A stretch of DNA of 63,563 bases, counting the filler, from Rhabdomonas costata (lineage: Eukaryota): NCBI GenBank assembly GCA_019059605.1. It is 57 parts of 57 records of this genome, joined end to end, with 100 filler letters (N's around TTAATTAATTAA, not from the genome) between each part and the next. Parts side by side here need not be neighbours in the genome. Positions count along the whole stretch, not along the records: positions 13,422 to 14,435 come from JAHMHO010033327.1; positions 14,536 to 15,552 come from JAHMHO010033328.1; positions 15,653 to 16,669 come from JAHMHO010033329.1; positions 16,770 to 17,785 come from JAHMHO010033330.1; positions 17,886 to 18,902 come from JAHMHO010033331.1; positions 19,003 to 20,019 come from JAHMHO010033332.1; positions 20,120 to 21,130 come from JAHMHO010033333.1; positions 21,231 to 22,247 come from JAHMHO010033334.1; 49 more parts are not named here. The stretch is one strand, 5' to 3'. Shown one piece after another: positions 14,116 through 26,577 of the stretch. The notes beneath the pieces are model-generated. The model saw nothing but the letters and a program-made list of their open reading frames with translations, had not been told where the DNA came from and searched no databases. Position 1 is the first letter of the stretch. Every line of letters starts with the position of its first letter. Both the position numbers and the translations under genes were made by a program.

Positions 14116-14231
14116 GACTTGCACGCTCTGCTACGGAGCGGGCAGCCGCTAACCGAGCAGCACGTGAAGTTCTTCGCTGTGCAGATCCTGGCCGCGCTGG
14201 ACTGCATCCATGGCTGTGGGGTGATCCACCG
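14116..14231 (+). CDS. MAPK-like (CMGC) Ser/Thr kinase exon, subdomains V-VIb
   Basis: DLHALLRSGQPLTEQHVKFFAVQILAALDCIHGCGVIHR, bounded by AG and GT. Confidence 0.85.
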
Positions 14232-14535
14232 GTGTGCCTCTGTGTGTGCGCGTGACCTTTCTCAGCCATCATCTCAAATTTTCGCGGCTGCTCAAAACCA
14301 AAGGCAACTGATGTCCCCAACCTCAGGCACCTGCGCAAGTACACAGGAAGACGAGAAATCTTCTCGCACGGAGCCCAACAAAAATGCAACTCAAATGCAA
14401 GCAAGCTGGGTTTACAGAATGCTTGCCTTTGTTCTNNNNNNNNNNNNNNNNNNNNNNNNNNNNNNNNNNNNNNNNNNNNTTAATTAATTAANNNNNNNNN
14501 NNNNNNNNNNNNNNNNNNNNNNNNNNNNNNNNNNN

Positions 14536-15416
14536 GTGTTTTTTTAGCCTGTTTTATTTTCTCAATTATTTTTTCTTGTTTATCTTTAGTTCTTTTAATT
14601 GTGCTTTTAATTGATCGTTCATTGCTTTTATGTTTTTCTCTTCTTGTATCTTTCGCTTCTTATCCTCAATGGCGCGTTTTCTTGCCATTTTTTATTTTCT
14701 TTGAGCTGGTTAGGTATTAGGTTCTAATTTCATGAATTCTTCGGTCCTTTTTTGTGTTTCATTTCTTATATCCAACCTATTTATAATAGAACTAGAATTT
14801 TATTATCCATCTATACTATAGGTTTAGAATAAAATTTTTAAAATTTATATCTTTTTTAATTTTATATACCAATTTTCTTAATCCCATATTAATTTTCAAA
14901 AATTATCTATACGAACAAATTATAAGTTTTTTTATACAATGTTTTATGACATCAAAAGGTACTTTACGTTTGTAGTAAGGAATATTAAAAGCGTATATCT
15001 TATTTCTTTTTCTTTCTATCTCCTCTTTACACAATTCATTGTATACATGTCTAAAAGTTATAACGTTTACAGTTTTCAGTATTGTGCGGCCATAGCATAC
15101 GAAAGGAAACCATTCTTAGTAAATTTTGCCGTAATAAAACCATATTTTGTCTTAATAAAACCATATTTTGTCTTAATGAAACCATTGTTGTGGTAATCGT
15201 CTTGATATTCCAACAATATATTTACGATCTTGTACTTTTTTTTAGTAGATAACATTTGAATTGAAATCTTGCTTGTTTTCTGAAATATTTTAAATTTTGT
15301 GTAATAGTTTGTGTTTGGTCATACATTTCATAAAAATCTATCCACCAGTCTAAGAATTTGTATATAACCTTATAAGCTTCTTTAACCTTAACTGCAAATA
15401 TTTGATTTTCAGACAT
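14536..15416 (-). pseudogene. Two tandem AT-rich intronless decayed ORFs (ATG at 15416 and 14810) with stops and frameshifts
   Basis: MSENQIFAVKVKEAYKVIYKFLDWWIDFYEMY... breaks by frameshift. The second reads MDNKILVLL*, then in another frame INRLDIRNETQKRTEEFMKLEPNT*PAQRK*KMARKRAIEDKKRKIQEEK... Confidence 0.5.
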
Positions 15417-15519
15417 TTCTATACTATTGAATGAGAATATAACTTTTGAAAATTATATCTTTTTATTTTTTATATACTAATTTTCTTACGCCTATATTAA
15501 TTTTTAAAAGTTATCTATA
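14808..15519 (-). promoter_or_regulatory. Duplicated block of about 105 bp (14808-14911 and 15414-15519), each directly upstream of a minus-strand ATG
   Basis: Two diverged copies (ttatatcttttt...tatatac[c/t]aattttctta...atattaatttt..aaa.ttatctata). On the minus strand they contain AAAATTGG and AAAATTAG respectively. Confidence 0.55.
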
Positions 15520-17885
15520 TTTTTTTTTAAAAAAAAGTATTAACCACCACCCNNNNNNNNNNNNNNNNNNNNNNNNNNNNNNNNNNNNNNNNNNNNTTAA
15601 TTAATTAANNNNNNNNNNNNNNNNNNNNNNNNNNNNNNNNNNNNNNNNNNNNGTGTGGGTGTGTTTGGTGGTGGTGGTCCCCACAGCGGAAAGGCAGCTG
15701 GGCATGCTGCTGGGCGTTCAGAATGACATAGCCACAGGGGTTGTATGTCGGCACGAAGTTCCAGGTCAGGTGGTCCAACTCCAGAACTGATAGGAAAACA
15801 GAATGAGACATCTGTGTGAGGGCAGCCAAGGATCTCTCAGAGACATCCCCGACCAGCTAAATATGAAGCATTCCTCTACGTTCTCTCATTTCTCTTCGAC
15901 TAGCAGGAGTCGCATTGCTTTCTTTTAATGCCTCCTCTCCCTATGGAGTCTACTACTGAGCGCTCCACTGCAGCCTGGGCTACCTTTCCCTCGGTGGGGT
16001 GTGAGCTTAAACCCTCCTTTGCAATACTATGCGAAAAACAGTTTTGAAGCACCGAAAGTTTAAGAGATTTAGGGAACCAGAGAGCCCATTACCCCTGGGG
16101 CCTTGCAAATATTGTTGGTGTCTGCTTGAGAAGATCTCCATCGTGCAGAAAATAGGCGGCATGCAGCTTGGCTGCACGGAAAAGGCATAGAATGGCACAT
16201 GACTGTCAGGAAACTGTCCGAAAATGGGCATCATCGGCAGTCGCAAGGTGACAGCGCGTATGTACCCATTTTCTCCACTTCCTTGCGGGGCGGTGCCTCT
16301 CGAGCACTGATTCGAAACTTCAGCTCGTACTCGTACCTGAAAAACCACACACAGGCAGAACTGGGAAAAACGCCATACAGACTGCTAAACGTCACCGAAC
16401 AGAAGGTCAGAAAAAAAGGGGCAGGCATCTCAGATGCTTATCCAGTATTAGTTTTAAGATGGCATTCTGACGTCCCGCTTCCACAGCTCATGCTGGTTTA
16501 TTGTTCTTTCCGAAAGGTGGGCTAGCATCGTCGCTAGCATCGTCCAGCATCATTGACAGCACAGCCCGCTGCAATTGACTAGCAAGCGCACACATCATAC
16601 CAAATCCTGAACGCTTGCTTGGACCACTCGAAGTGGCACGGCCCCAGGCTCATAAATCCGCCCCAGATTNNNNNNNNNNNNNNNNNNNNNNNNNNNNNNN
16701 NNNNNNNNNNNNNTTAATTAATTAANNNNNNNNNNNNNNNNNNNNNNNNNNNNNNNNNNNNNNNNNNNNGGTGGGGTGGACAAATGCTCAACACGGGCAG
16801 AACAGGCGCTTTTTGCGGGAAAAGACACAGGTGGAAGCCACAAATCCTCCCGTGAAGAAGGACGGATGACTGTGTAAGAAAAAAAGAACTTTAGATAGCA
16901 CGTTACAGCGTAAACTCAGTACATATATTTTTCTGGCCTCAGTAACATGAGAACGTCTGAAACATGAAAATATGCATACGTGCCAGCCTGGCGGCATTTT
17001 ATAGCGTTTCCAAACGTCAAGAAACTCGTACCAGACTACATTCTGAGTTTCGGGATGCAGCTCAACTTAGCACATGCCATTGCGCCTCATGAGCGCCTCT
17101 ACAATGCTTTCGAAAACGTGCAGGCCAAGGATAATTTACAATAATAAAAGAGTTCGACTGAATGCATCATAAACAGTTAAACAGCTCGGCGCCAAGACGG
17201 TGACAATTTGTCCGACCGATTATGGTACCTCGCGGATTTGCAGATGCGGAGCTCTCTCTCTCCCCCTCTCCCTCTCCTCCGCACAGAAAACAGATAAGCC
17301 AGCCCCGCCCGAACAACACTAGTGCAAAGGGTCTGTCCTCTCTGGAAATCCTTCTGTTCCTTTCGCGTTGTTGGGGGCCACGCTCTTCTCTTTTACAAAG
17401 GAAAGCGGACAAAGTTGTGCGCTTGGCAAATAAATAAAGCCAGCTCATCGCTGACGCCGCTTGGGCCAGAGACGCCGTGACCCAGCCTTTTGAAAGATAA
17501 CCGCAGTTACTGCCACAAGGGAGACTTTCCTCTTTGAGAAGATGGTCTTCCACGTCTCAGGGAACTTCCCCGGACTGGAGGACGGCGCATTCCCACAATT
17601 TTTTGAGCTGTGTCGGCCTTGGAGAGACAGCAGACATAGACCATACATATGCCACAGATGTAGTACTCTCAAAGAGAGAGATAAACAGAGATAAACACCT
17701 TGTCTACGAAGGTCTGCAAGTCTTGATGCAACAGCACCCACAGTATGCACTGTGGAAGACCACGAGGGGGCTGCCAGCAAAACCCNNNNNNNNNNNNNNN
17801 NNNNNNNNNNNNNNNNNNNNNNNNNNNNNTTAATTAATTAANNNNNNNNNNNNNNNNNNNNNNNNNNNNNNNNNNNNNNNNNNNN

Positions 17886-18902
17886 TGTTTTTTGTCATTG
17901 CCGATGGTGGGTGAGGCCTTGGCCAACGCCAAAGACTTGACTGCGTTTTTCCATGATTCTTTTGGTCTCAAAAAGATTGATTTTATTGTGGAAAGTGCGG
18001 CTACTGTGGTCCTCATTCTGGACTCTTGGGATGAGGTGCTGCCGTCTGTGCGGGAGGCCGTGGAGCAGCAACCGCGTGGGCTGTTGGGTATCTTCCTTGC
18101 AACGGTGGGAACAGCCCTGCGACGGGTTGTTGTTACCTCTCGACCGGATGCGCTGATGGGCGACTCCGTGGTTAAGTTGCTGGGTTCCCTGGAGGAGATC
18201 ATCGAGCATTGGGTGCTGCCCTTCTCAGATAGTGACTTCGAGGCTCTTGCGGAGAGGGTTCTAAGTTATTCCGCGTTCGAGTCCGCAACAGATCCCGTTC
18301 TCGCCAAGAAGAAGCTCGAGCCTCGTCAGAAAGAGGAAGGCACGGAGATGGTCACCGCAGGGCTCGTGGCGCGAGAAACTGATCCCACCGCAGACTGTGA
18401 GGATGTATTGACGTCGATGTTGGACGCTAGGCGGGAGGTGGTTTGCAAGCATGATGACAAAGTGAGGGAGGCCGCTGCCAAAGAAGGCTGCCTCAGGGCT
18501 TGTGCCCTAGTGAGCCGCGTGAAGGCCATTCCCGAGCTTCGAGAGCTCATCGGAACCCCTGTGCTTGCGACGATGCTGTGCACAGCAAGTGAGAAGGTTA
18601 TTTCGGAGCTGGAGAAGCCGCGTCGGCAAGCTCTGAGCCGTGGTGAGGTTTACCGGCTGATGCTGATCGAGGATTCTAACCGGGACAGCGCTTCCGACCC
18701 GTCGTCCCACTCTTCAACTTCGCCGTCTTCTGCCTCCTTGACTGTTGCCGCTACACTTCAGGCGTGCCAGGAGCTCGCGCTACTTCTTTGCTCGCTGCGG
18801 GCAACCCACCAGTCGATGGGGGTGGTGCGAAGAATCTTCCTCTTCCGCTACCGATTGAGGCAGAGCAGCGTGCCCGCGGACACGCTCCACGCAAAAACCA
18901 CC
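17886..18902 (+). CDS. NACHT-family STAND NTPase, partial (Walker B to winged-helix region), intronless over about 1 kb
   Basis: VVLILDSWDEV (Walker B), VVVTSRP (sensor 1), LPFSDSD, LIGTPVLATMLC (GxP motif), SRGEVYRLML and CQELALLL occur in canonical NACHT order. Confidence 0.85.
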
Positions 18903-20145
18903 NNNNNNNNNNNNNNNNNNNNNNNNNNNNNNNNNNNNNNNNNNNNTTAATTAATTAANNNNNNNNNNNNNNNNNNNNNNNNNNNNNNNNNNNNNNNNNN
19001 NNGTTGGTTGGGGCTAAGCATTGGAAGAACCTTTGGAGTTTCCCCGGGATGTGTTATGGGTGGGGGTTGTGGCATTTTCTGGCTTTGCTTGGAAAGAAGG
19101 CGATGCAAAAATCGGTGTGCTTCGTGTGTCTGGTTGACTTGGGGGTTCATCGTCTTCCCCCGATGTGTAACCACGGCGTTCCTTGACACCTTTGCTATTA
19201 TCGGAAAATTCCTTCTCCTGCTACTTCCCGTCTGTGAATGCCATGTGCGAGTTTCTCCGGGTGGATGTGGTTCTGTTGGGGTATCTGAGATGGGGGTGTC
19301 CTGTTGTGCGTGTTCGGTGTTTCAGTGGGTGGGTTTTCGGATTTTTGATCTCATCTCTCTGTATGGCGTGGGAAAGTTCAATTCACAAGTAAGGGCGTGA
19401 AGGGGTTAATCCCTGGCGTTAGATTGTTGTACTTGTGGTGCTCCGGGTTAACTTATCGTTGTCCCGTTGGCGAGGGCTTCATTAAAGTTGGTTTCGGTTT
19501 TATGGTTCTGTCCCCACGATGTAGCTTGGACAGCTTTGAAAAGCGGATGAGCGTGAAATGGTCGTCCCGAAGCATCAGAGTATCCTGTTGTGAAGGGAAG
19601 GCGGGGTACCTGTGGGCCGCCCCTGTGGGGGGTTTCTTGGCACCTCCCGCGCCCTGCAGAAGGGTGGAGCTGAGCAGGGCTTCCAGCTTGTTCACGGCCA
19701 TCTTCAGCACAAGGCTGCCCCGCATGCTGAGAAGTGCGCCATGGCACGCGAAGCAAAGAGGGACAACAAACATCCACGAAGAGCCCTCTCTTCAGGGGTT
19801 TGTGTTGTTCTCTCTAACGAAAATCTTTAATAAGGAAGATACACGCGGTACATTTATTGAAATAGGTAATCAAGGAAGGAAATTATACACAAGAAAGGAG
19901 AAAGAAGCAGAAAGAAGGAAGGGGAACACCCACCAAAAGTCAAACGCGGAAGCATGGCACATGGAAGCAGAGCACTTTCAAGCAACTGGAACGACAAAAA
20001 ACACCAAACACACCGAACANNNNNNNNNNNNNNNNNNNNNNNNNNNNNNNNNNNNNNNNNNNNTTAATTAATTAANNNNNNNNNNNNNNNNNNNNNNNNN
20101 NNNNNNNNNNNNNNNNNNNGTTTTTTTGTGTGCCACTACATACAG

Positions 20146-21130
20146 TGCCCCAAGGCAACCGGAAGCCAGGGCACCGCCTTGGCGTACTTCCCAACCCCCA
20201 ACCTGTCATCGGGGTGCTGGACCAGCCCTGGAGCAACGCCAGTGTTAGCTACATCGCGGCGAGCTACGTGAAGTTCCTGGAGATGGCCGGCGCCCGGGTG
20301 GTGCCCCTGCACTGGAACAGCCCTATTGCGGAGCTGCAGCAGCTCTTTCCGCAGCTCAACGGGGTGCTGTTCACGGGCGGGGCGGCTCTGGTGCTGGAGA
20401 GCCGAATAGCGCAGATCTACCAGATGGCGGTGCAGGCCAACGCCGGGGATGTGTTCCCTCTTTGGGGGACCTGCCTGGGGTTCGAGCTGATGCAGGTCGC
20501 CGCGGCCAACACCTGGGACGTGCGATGCTCAGATTGCTTCAGCGCCGAAAAGTGTGTGGGCTTCTGCATGTGTGTGCTCGCTCAAGTGTGCTCATTAGTG
20601 TTTTCCATGGGCCTCTGCCTACGGCGGGCGCTGGCTATCTTTCCGTGGGAGACGACTTTTTTTTACGCAAAGGCAGTCATTCCTGAGAGAGAGAGTGTGT
20701 GTGTGTGTGTGTGCGTGCATACGTACGCAGGCCTACATGTTTTGCCAGTCATTGGCATCTCCCTGGGCACGTCGAAAACAAACCCTTGGGTAATGCACTT
20801 CCCCCACCCCTTCCGCCTGCAGCATCGCGCTGCCCCTGAACTTGACTGCCGCCGCGAAGTCCAGCACGATGTTCTCGATGTTCTCGCCGGCCCTGCTGAG
20901 CGCCATTAAGACTCAGCCCATCACACCGAACTACCACACCAGCGGGATCCCCCCGTCGTCCTATCAGATCCCGGGTGGGCTGCAGGACATCTTCACCGTA
21001 CTGGCCACCAACGTGGACCCCGAAAACCACGAGTTCGTGTCCGCGATTGAGGGTATCAACCTGCCCTTCCTGGGCACACAGTTCCACCCCGAGAAATGCG
21101 CCTTCGAGTGGAGCCCGGAGCACAACAAAC
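20146..21130 (+). CDS. GGH: Gamma-glutamyl hydrolase (peptidase C26; exons 20146-20551 and 20823-21130)
   Basis: PVIGVL...YIAASYVKFLEMAGARVVP...NGVLFTGG...FPLWGTCLGFE (catalytic Cys) and GTQFHPEK (His-Glu). The phase-2 GT-AG intron at 20552-20822 restores ENIALPLN. Confidence 0.94.
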
Positions 21131-21248
21131 NNNNNNNNNNNNNNNNNNNNNNNNNNNNNNNNNNNNNNNNNNNNTTAATTAATTAANNNNNNNNNNNNNN
21201 NNNNNNNNNNNNNNNNNNNNNNNNNNNNNNTCGTCTAACACTGGGAAT

Positions 21249-22061
21249 TTACAAAACCATCAACTTTGGAACTGCCTCTGAAGCCGCCTTGGGCACAGCA
21301 CTCTCTGTGGAAGACGAGGGCGTGGCTCTGGCCACCCCTGTCATTGTGGTTCCCGTCTCTTGCTGTGCATTACATCCTCTGGGAGGTTCCACCAAAGGTC
21401 CCCTACCCATCTTCAGCTGTCGCAAAATCTCAACCAACGTATCTGCAACTGGTGGCTGTGGAGGGGGCTTCGGGGCTCGAGGGACATACTTCACCCACTG
21501 CCTCGTCTCTGGAAGCTGGGACAACAACTCTCTGGAAACAAGCTTCCTCCTCAGAACCTCATTAAGCAACCCCTCGATATTCTCCCGTTCTGAAATCAGA
21601 ACCGATCCCTCAATCTGTTCAACCACCTCCATCACATACGTCACCATGGCATGATCCTCCAACACTGGTGGAATGGTACTCAGGGTCGGTAACTGTGGAG
21701 ATCCCTGGGCAACCATCCTCCACTCGTTCAACTCCTGCATAGCCTTAGCCATCTCAACTCTTCCCTGCTCCAGAATACCCACTAGATTTGTGATCTCTGC
21801 ATTCTCTTTCCTGTCCTTGTACCGATCTGAAATCCACTGCACTGCGTTCATCCACCTCGTGGTACTTTCTACCACTCCCGAACATCTGCTATTCAGTCGC
21901 TCTGCAGTCTCTTTTCGCACCTTCTCCAAATCTGTGGAAGACTTATCAAAGCACTGCACACAAGCCTCATACCGATTCTGTAGATTGGCCCTCACAAACG
22001 CGTTCATACCTGCCCAGTAACGCTTCTCTGCAGGGGGCTTAGGGGTCTGGGACATCTCCAT
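21249..22061 (-). mobile_element. Intronless 270-aa helical ORF, possible retroelement gag/ORF1
   Basis: Long uninterrupted ORF with a coiled-coil stretch and a Pro-rich linker, unlike the short host exons. No diagnostic motif seen. Confidence 0.35.
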
Positions 22062-22347
22062 AACTCTGGAAGCACAGTAGATCTGAAGTCAGTCACAACC
22101 CACAAACGCTCTGGAAACCCACCCTCCAGACGCACGCACACACACAAAGCTCTGAATGTAGGGATGAACACTGGACTCTGAAAGCAGGAACTCTGGAACA
22201 AGTAGCTAACTAAATACTACAGCGGTTGGGAGAAACCACAACCCACANNNNNNNNNNNNNNNNNNNNNNNNNNNNNNNNNNNNNNNNNNNNTTAATTAAT
22301 TAANNNNNNNNNNNNNNNNNNNNNNNNNNNNNNNNNNNNNNNNNNNN

Positions 22348-23363
22348 AAATTCTCCAATTGACCACTTCTGAACATTTCTCTTGAACAACTCCAATAAGC
22401 TAATTCACAATCCTTATAAAAGAGCTCGTACTTCCACAATACATACACACTCAGGAAGGGACCTGCGGCTTTGATTCTCCAAACTTGACCTCGAAAAAGG
22501 TTAATGATGACTGCTCCCTGTGGAAGTCTTGCTTGGGAGTCGAGACGGGATACATATCCCCTCCTTCCTCCTTGGAAAAAAGTGAATTTTGTGTCTACCT
22601 CTTCTATGCTGTGAAGGTGATCTGTAACTTCGGCCTCCTCTTCCACGAATCCTCGAACATCTGAACGCCAACATTTCTCTGTGTGGTGGTCATCCTCTTC
22701 TCTGGAGAAGGCTTACGCTTCGCACTGAAATGTGAATTTCGAGTGGCGGAAAACGTTAAAGAACTCGCCGCAAAGTTGGAGATGCCTCCATTTAAAACAA
22801 ATTTGCTCTTCTCTGCAACGCACTTACGTTAACCATACATCTGGAAAATGTTGAAGGGGCACCGCTGACATTTCTCTCTGTAGAGATTAGAAAGGCCTTA
22901 CTCCACGAAAAATAGGTACCAATAACGTATGGCATCTAAATCCATTGCTGCACCCCTCGCAGCGAATCCTTTATGAACTGCGCCATATGGAACCGAAATC
23001 ACATGCGGAGGGGGTCTCGACTTTCCCATTACCCATCGCCTCTGTAAGGTTCCACAGAATCTTCGCCATAACGTTGGCCTGGATGTCCACTTCCAAACCT
23101 CTGAAAAACAGATACTTCAAAAGAGTTTCGTTGTCAAACTTCGTCCACTTCAACAGATTCAACACCGTCACGAACTGCATATTGTAGAATTGGAAATTTC
23201 CCTCAAATGCTCCAACCTCCACACTACTTTGTAGTCCCTCGTCTGTGCGCACAGCTGCCTCTGCAACGTTTATACAAACTCTTTCAAGTCTGTACAACCT
23301 TGACATGGCGCAAAAATTCCTCTGGAATGTTCACCCAAGGCTCCTGTGGCATAAGTGACCACA
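22348..23363 (-). mobile_element. Degenerate Ty3/gypsy-like gag
   Basis: FYNMQFVTVLNLLKWTKFDNETLLKYLFFRGLEVDIQANVM fits the retrotransposon gag major-homology pattern. A frameshifted zinc-knuckle remnant (CMYCGST.../FYKDC) lies near 22410-22450. Multiple stops. Confidence 0.55.
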
Positions 23364-23697
23364 ANNNNNNNNNNNNNNNNNNNNNNNNNNNNNNNNNNNN
23401 NNNNNNNNTTAATTAATTAANNNNNNNNNNNNNNNNNNNNNNNNNNNNNNNNNNNNNNNNNNNNGTGTTGTGGGTGAGGTTTCGTGGGTTGTGGTTTCGA
23501 GCGTTGGGTGGTGGAGGTGGGGTTGGCGTCTCGGTTTGCGTTCTAGACTGTAAGGCTGTGTGGGTATTGAGTTTCGTCCATGCCTTTTCCCAATTTACAG
23601 CATCTCGTTTGGCTGTGCGTGTGAGTTTTCCACGCCTTCCGTTATATCCTCCAACCGCCGCGTTCTGCGGGTGGTGGGCACGCTTCTAGTGGTTGTG

Positions 23698-23917
23698 ATG
23701 CTCGGTGCTGCCTTGCTGGGTACCTGCCGCGGCCTCGTGTGCCTCTCTTTCCGCACTCTCCCGGCGTGTGTGACGGTCAGTGCGGCGGCGAAGAGGTGCG
23801 GGGTGAGGGCTGCGGTGCTACCAAGCCAGGGTTCGTTGCGAGGGATGGCCACCGAGGCGTCCGGGGTGTCGTTCCTGGGGCAGGAGCAGAGCAAGGCCAT
23901 TGACGATGAGCTCATGG
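23698..23917 (+). CDS. NAXE: NAD(P)HX epimerase (YjeF_N/NAXE), first coding exon with probable mitochondrial presequence
   Basis: An Arg-rich leader with no acidic residues (MLGAALLGTCRGLVCLSFR...RGMAT) is followed by VSFLGQEQSKAIDDELMG|GT, matching the NAXE start. Confidence 0.75.
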
Positions 23918-25794
23918 GTGCAGTTTTGGCTGCTTTCTTTGTGAAGGTTACCCTTGCTTCCACTGCAGCAAAATCAGGGAGTAAGAAACGTGGACAAAAA
24001 GGAGAGGGGGGGTATAATCTGTGTTCACGCAAACGCTGGGCCCAGGAAGTTAGTTGGCAAGAGTCAGCCCACTACTGCCGCAGATTTCATCAATTTACCT
24101 GTTTCTTGAACCCTATAAAATAGCAGTATTGTTTTGTATGCCCATTGTGTGAACACCGTGAACACTATGATGCTTTATCATCCGAGGACGCGCTGAAGTT
24201 GTCAGGAGACGCTTTAGCACCTGAAATCGGAGGGGGAATCGGCTCGCCACGCACATTCGCACACAGACGCGATCCTTTAGGCAACGTATTGAGTGATGGT
24301 GGTTAGCGTGAGCTTCTATTCATCATTCGTATGATCACTGGTCACACTAAGAGTTTCGGTCTGAGAGCTTGAGCACAGGCCTTAAAATGGAACTATGGGG
24401 GCAAAGGGGCTGAAGCTCTTAGACCGAAACTCTTAGTGTGACCAGTGATCATACGAATGATGAATAGAAGCTCACCAAACCCNNNNNNNNNNNNNNNNNN
24501 NNNNNNNNNNNNNNNNNNNNNNNNNNTTAATTAATTAANNNNNNNNNNNNNNNNNNNNNNNNNNNNNNNNNNNNNNNNNNNNGGGTGGGGGGGTGGCGGT
24601 TACAGCGTTAAAACAGAAGAATCAGAGTGAAGTGCACAATAATTCTCTAGCTGGAGCCCCCTCTCCCCGGTTGGGCATATGTTATTTGTTTTGGGTACCC
24701 CCATTTTGGACCAACATCCCACTTGGGGAAAGTAGAACGAATCTCAACCGCCTAAAACGACAAAAAGAAGGAAAATGGAAGTAGCGCTCAGGTGCTATGG
24801 TGCTGTGCGCGAGTGGGGTGGTCAAAGAAAATTACATTGCGGTAAACCTCGTATCAGGGTGGGCAATACAAGCCTAGGCGATGAAGGAACCAAGAGAAAG
24901 CGAATTATTAGCCGTTTTTGAGTGTGTGATACGGCTTTTTTGAAATCGAGTTTTGCCAGGTGTTCATTCAACCCAAGGCCAACACGTGGTTTTGCAGCCC
25001 AGTTCGGCAGGCTGGCTCATCCAAACGGTGTAGAAATGGGAAAGATGGGGGTGACGAGCACAATGCACGAGACCAACACACACCTTCTCCTGTTCCGCAG
25101 CTGCTTGGGGGGCGACCTCTGCATCACCCTTGCTCAGCTGAGGGGAAATCACCAACTCGTCCAGGGCCTTTTCCAGAGCTTCCATCGCTAATCGCTTCAA
25201 AGAACAAACCCAATGGGATGTGGCGTTGAAAAATCCGGGATAAAAAGCTGGGAAACAGGTTTGATTTCCCATAACACGACAAAAAAAACCTTTCCACAGA
25301 CAGGTCTGACGATGATAAAAAGAGCCCGCATGGCCCGAAGTGCCACATTTCCAATCTGGAGCTCCACGTTTCAGTGAGAGTGCACTGCGTTCCATTGTGC
25401 ACTGCACTGCAATGCAATGTGGAAAGCTATAATACTGCCGTCCCGTTAATCAACCGGAATTTGCAATAAAAGCCGAAGCGAAATCAAAGACATCAGCACA
25501 ACCGGAGATACAGAAAAGCTCGGTCAACCACGAAAAGTAAGGATCCGTTCACACAGCTGTGCGTGCGACAAAGACCACCGACTGTCACAACACCAACACN
25601 NNNNNNNNNNNNNNNNNNNNNNNNNNNNNNNNNNNNNNNNNNNTTAATTAATTAANNNNNNNNNNNNNNNNNNNNNNNNNNNNNNNNNNNNNNNNNNNNG
25701 TTTGTTTTTCAACAAGCAAAAAAAAAAGGAGAAAACTGAGAAGGAAATTTCTAAAAGAGCTTTTTTTGGGGTTCAGGCCCTTTGCAATCTTAAC

Positions 25795-26489
25795 CGTGCA
25801 GGAGCACGCATTCGGTATACTTCGTGATCCGGGTGTTGTGATGCCCTCCCCGCTTAGCGAGTTTCGGCGTGACTCCGTTCTGAAAGGAGAACATCAAGGA
25901 GACGTCCATGGCCTCGGTGGAGACGTTCTGCACATCCCAGGTGAACACGCAGACGGGGAAGCTGCTCACTTCGTGGTTGTGTGGGATGACCGGAGACATC
26001 TGCACACACACACACACACACAAAAGGGAAACAGTCAGACAAAGTGATAGAGAAGCTTTATGGTGAGAAGAAACGAAGACAACAAATTAAACCAAGTTGG
26101 CACCAGATTTGCACCACACGATGGCAAAAAAAGGATCCAAGTGAGCGGGTGTGTGTGTGTGTGTGTGTGTGTGTTTGAAGGGTAGTCAACCCTAGCTTTG
26201 ATCTAAATGGAGTATATGAGTTAAATGAACTTAAAACTGTGGTGACGCAGCGCACTATTTTGCTTCAAAAAATGATGTACAACTTATAAAGTTAACAAAG
26301 TTAACAATATGACGTTTCAACGGTTGTAACCCTGACACCGGTTTACCTTTCCAACAATCCAACGAAAACGACACCGAAACGAAATGCCAATTGTCTGACC
26401 TGAGTACAAGTGATTATGAGGCCACGTACTCCGGGACAAGGATCATGATACACTGTCCAAGCGCGGGGAAAAAGTCCATGATATACAGC
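25795..26489 (-). CDS. GBA2: Non-lysosomal glucosylceramidase GBA2 (GH116), N-terminal domain (exons 26489-26400 and 25999-25795)
   Basis: AVYHGLFPRAWTVY...ITCTQ|MSPVIPHNHEVSSFPVCVFTWDVQN...DVSLMFSFQNG; GT-AG intron in frame. Confidence 0.92.
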
Positions 26490-26534
26490 CTGAAAAATAA
26501 GAAAGTAACAGAGACCACATTCGCCTCGGCACTC

Positions 26535-26577
<43 letters not shown>

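Noticed and set aside
6719..18902. Apparent 'defence island' of viral kinase, decayed viral genes and NACHT
   Set aside because: These are separate contigs ordered arbitrarily, apparently by length, with no physical linkage.
24308..24475. Perfect inverted repeat of about 55 bp (possible MITE or ncRNA)
   Set aside because: One arm runs to the contig end and the inner edge shows imperfect microhomology, typical of fold-back chimeras from genome amplification.
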